Assembly: GCA_973895155.1 (NCBI GenBank)
Contig: OZ316898.1
Location: forward strand, 10,568,286-10,632,285
DNA: 64,000 nucleotides
Origin: Marsupella aquatica
Taxonomy: Eukaryota; Plantae; Marchantiophyta
Direction: 5' to 3'
The position numbers and the translations under genes are program-made. Below are positions 60,462 through 64,000 of the stretch, in pieces (position 1 is the stretch's first letter; the number at the start of each line of letters is the position of its first letter). The notes under the pieces are model-generated. The model made no database searches and was not told where the DNA came from. It saw nothing but the letters and a program-made list of their open reading frames with translations.

Positions 60462-61439
60462 TTCTTCATATTTTTTGAAGGTTAATAAAATGAAAATAAA
60501 TAAATCATAGGTGTCATCATTTTAATAATCATATATAACATACCATACTACACTTTGTCCTATACACATCCCTCTTTCTATGCACATGTGTTATGGTGAG
60601 ACCATAGAGTTCATTACGGACCCCACTAGAGGTCCCTTCCAAAATTCCTTACTCCATAGCACGCCACGTCATCATGGCGCGCTGCAAATAGGAACGGATT
60701 GGTTTCTACAATGAAATTATGCCAACATTCGTGTTTGCAACAAGATTTTGGTAAAATTGAGGACGCCATGCTGTAAACATTGATGTCAAAAGTTATCAAA
60801 AATAACTGTTTTATTTACCCTAAGTAGACTTTCAACTCAGTTTTATTTACCCCGCTTAATCAACTGCCCACCCTTTTTTTGAATTGTAGTTCAATTGTAA
60901 TTAAAGTAATGAAGCAACACTTTAATTACAATGGCAGTTAAGAATCCTGTTTCTGTAGCGCCAGAAGGTCATTTCTGTCTAGCACTCCTTCTCTAGCAAT
61001 TTGTCTTCCGGCATTGTCGTTTCCTCGTGTCGTGCTTGTGGACAGAAGAATTATATGACGAACAGATTCAGCTTGTGAAGTAGGTAATTACTGAGCAGGA
61101 AATACCAAACATTGCTCCACAACTTGATGCAGCTTAGTGAGCATTGCCCTACTTTTCTTGGAGTGGAGATCCGAATCGGTAACAAATGAAAGAACATAAC
61201 AATTTCATAAGGACGAAACGAGCACACTGATTGCACCATCGCTCTTGTGGGTTCTTACAGATCCAATCTATTACACAAGCTCGTATTTCAGGAGTTCATA
61301 AAGGAGGCAGCTTGAAATCAAAGACCAGTCTACATGTAGGACTTCAAATTGTACCTCCATATCTGGTTTTTGAAAGGGAAGAGCTCGGCTTGATTTGGCA
61401 GTAAGAAATACTATCTAGCAATTGATAGACCAAGGCTCT

Positions 61440-61530
61440 ACAAGTTTCTACGAGCACAGTCGATGCCTTTTCATGATCAAATTGAAAATATTAGAAGTGA
61501 AGCTGATTTGAGAGATCACTTGATAAGGAC
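61440..61530 (+). mobile_element. Possible Harbinger transposase C-terminal relic
   Basis: IENIRSEADLRDHLI resembles the C-terminal IR...LR.DLI.H motif, and it lies between two other Harbinger fragments. Confidence 0.35.
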
Positions 61531-62383
61531 GCGGATCATTATTGGAGCGAACAGAAGCAACGACTCTGTCAAACGTATCGACCCTCAAGAGGCGCGTTTG
61601 CAAGAGGCTGTGGTAGAAAGGATTGTGTTTAAAGAGACGTTCAGATATGGATACGGGATTTTGATGAAATCAACCGGGAGTTCCAGGGTGAGAGGTCAAT
61701 GTGGTTATTGTGAGGAAGAAGGAACGGAAACTAAGAGATGAGGAACTCGGGGCGGAGGAGTAGGTTTGGCTGCTGAAAGGCCAAAAAGATTGAAAGGTTC
61801 AGGTGACGATTAGAGCTGTTTGGGAGACCGTATCGGGAATGCATTTGTTGAAATTCAGGAGAGAAACGGTCGAATGTGACTTATGTGATGAGAAGAATTG
61901 GATTGAAAACTGATAGATAATGTGAATGGGTAGTAAGGGATCGGGAAGTGTAATGGAAAAGATAAGGGTCCACGAACTAATTTGATAATATAATAGAAAT
62001 CATGACAAAAAGCATGTATGATTACATACATCATAGTCATTAGTTTTTCTATCCACATGATGAGTCATGGAGTTACATTGTAGAGGCTTCACTTTCGAAG
62101 CCTAGGCCCCAACTCTAGCTTGTAGTTGACACTTTATAAGTAAGCTTTAGTAAATTGAACTTTACAATTCTTCGCCGTGGTGGCCATCTTATTAAATTGT
62201 CAGGTTCAATTTATTAAAATGGCCACCGCGGCAAAGACCAGCCAGGACACACCACAACCGACGCCGTAACGCCACCCCACAATAGTCCTCAAAGCCACCT
62301 TCAGACAGAAGGGCTAAGAGGTAGCTAAAACCAAAAACGAATCCACACAAAGTAAGGCAAAGCACCTCCCAAATGAATGGTAG

Positions 62384-62531
62384 GATGTTTTGTTGGCCAG
62401 TATCATATTGCAAAACATGATTTGGTGTCCTTCAGTAGCGGTTTGCAATTTTGAGAAATCCAGCAGGGATGCATTATCAACACAAAATCAAAGATGTCTT
62501 GTTGGCCTATATCATATTGCAAAACATGATA
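62384..62531 (+). mobile_element. PIF/Harbinger transposase fragment, second copy
   Basis: FGVLQ*RFAILRNPAGMHYQHKIKDVLLAYIILQNMI (cf. ACIILHNMI). A ~36-bp direct duplication occupies its two ends. Confidence 0.8.
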
Positions 62532-64000
62532 CAGGCCAACAAGACATCTTTGAGACATTGCCAGATGATTGAAATTTCAATGAGTGGCCAAGATGTCAAG
62601 GTGGCCAAAAACTGCCTTTTCAGGACTGGAGGGAATACTTGAATGCAACCCAGGTAATTTGAAGACACTGAGAGCCATTTCATGTTGAGGAACCATCTTG
62701 TGGCACATTTGTTTGGATTTAAAAGGAAAGGGACATACATTTGAATAAGTAGGCAATCAGGACTGACAAGACAATAGCAAGCAACAGTAAGAAGTAGCCA
62801 GCAAGAAGCTAATGCATTGCACAACGCCCTCCAACTTACTACTGGAACTGAGAATAAAATTAAACCCACTTGAAAAATGATTCAAGTCTTTGATTGCCAA
62901 AGGTTTCAAAATGTGAGCATGGTCTCCTCAATTAAGATTAGTCCCTATCACTTGTATCCTGATTTAGCGGATTTTATCCGGATTTAGTGAAAAGATAGCA
63001 GATTTTTGGGCCATTTGGCTTGTTTGTCGCCCTTTGATTGGGTCTTGCACCTTTGGGATTGTGTCTCATGGTTGGGAGCTTTTTGTCTTTTGGCAGTTAG
63101 AATACATATATTTATATGACCCATAATCTTCAATGAAAATGCAAAGAAATATTCATAAGGAGGATTTACAAGCCGTAACTCAGGGGCGCAGAGGCCCTTG
63201 AGTTGTGCCCTTGAGTTCATCGTCGAGAGGGAAACAGCCCCTAAAAATACGAGAAACACAAGTTTCGAACTTCTTTGATCGATCTCTGTGTTCTCAAAGC
63301 TATGGCTTGAACTCCGTGCCCGCAGAAGCCAGTAAACGGTCTTCCATGAATAAGCTTTTTGCACAGGACTTTGTACTATTCTGCTTACTTTTACATTTGT
63401 ATAATGAGTTCCATGTTAATGCTCTCAATGTACTCTACAAAAAGCACCAAGTCCCTCCTGAATGGCCTTAGGAGTGGAATTTTCTTGCACGAGTGAGGTT
63501 TCCATTCAGGACTTCCAAGTTTTCGTTCATGATTGTTAAGTTCTTTCTTGCACAACATCCGTGCTCACATTGCAACTTCAGTCGCGTAATAGGTCAATCC
63601 ATTGTTTCTTCACCATGAGCTATATCATCTTAGTGAGCAGACAAGCATGTTTTAATTTCGTCAAACTTTGTGCTTTTTGTATATTCCGTCCCCAGGGTAG
63701 TGTCACTACGAGTCTCCAACCTACTCAAGGGCACAAGCCTGCAACCCGGACTATTGCCGTCTAGTGGAGCAGCATCATAATAAGCTCATCGTAGGGGTGT
63801 AGTTGGCACTTAGCAGCCCACCACATTCTGAAGATCCGGACTGTTTCAGCTGTAACTGATGTTTTCGAGAAAACGAGTCAACAAAGGCACTGTGTGGAAC
63901 TTTAGTACGACGGCAAAGGGGACCACTCAAAGACGAGATCCATATAACGCAAACACAACACTAAGGAAAGTAACCTCAACAGTAGTCTGTGATCTCTGAC

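Noticed and set aside
63120-64000. Possible coding exon at the right edge
   Set aside because: Only short ORFs without motifs are present. It may be the UTR of a gene outside the window, but I cannot support that from this sequence.

Overview
Eukaryotic land-plant genomic DNA, not prokaryotic. GT-AG introns, CpG-depleted degenerate transposons and CRE-type LINE relics suggest a non-seed plant such as a bryophyte or lycophyte (inference). Three protein-coding genes are well supported, all on the minus strand: (1) the 5' part of a UPL5-type HECT E3 ligase (open frame 1891 to <1, with a ubiquitin-like domain); (2) a 4-exon HAD-superfamily phosphatase of the Sgpp/CbbY type (11628-9283); (3) 7-exon exosome subunit RRP4 (59879-56985). 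The ~45 kb between the last two genes is mostly decayed mobile DNA: two CRE-clade RLE non-LTR retrotransposon relics, L1-like fragments, PIF/Harbinger MITEs with TAA target duplications, a Ty3-like RT remnant and minisatellites. Harbinger transposase relics lie upstream of RRP4. The most notable oddities are a 40-bp near-perfect hairpin apparently formed by inverted duplication inside a receptor-kinase-like relic, a LINE tail flanked by a ~210-bp duplication, a dense GTAC (SPL-type) motif cluster, a duplicated splice donor in the HAD gene, and a long N-terminal extension plus a membrane-protein-like upstream ORF at UPL5. No CRISPR array, rRNA or intact tRNA was seen. I cannot demonstrate a novel multi-gene system here. 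All alignments were made by eye.
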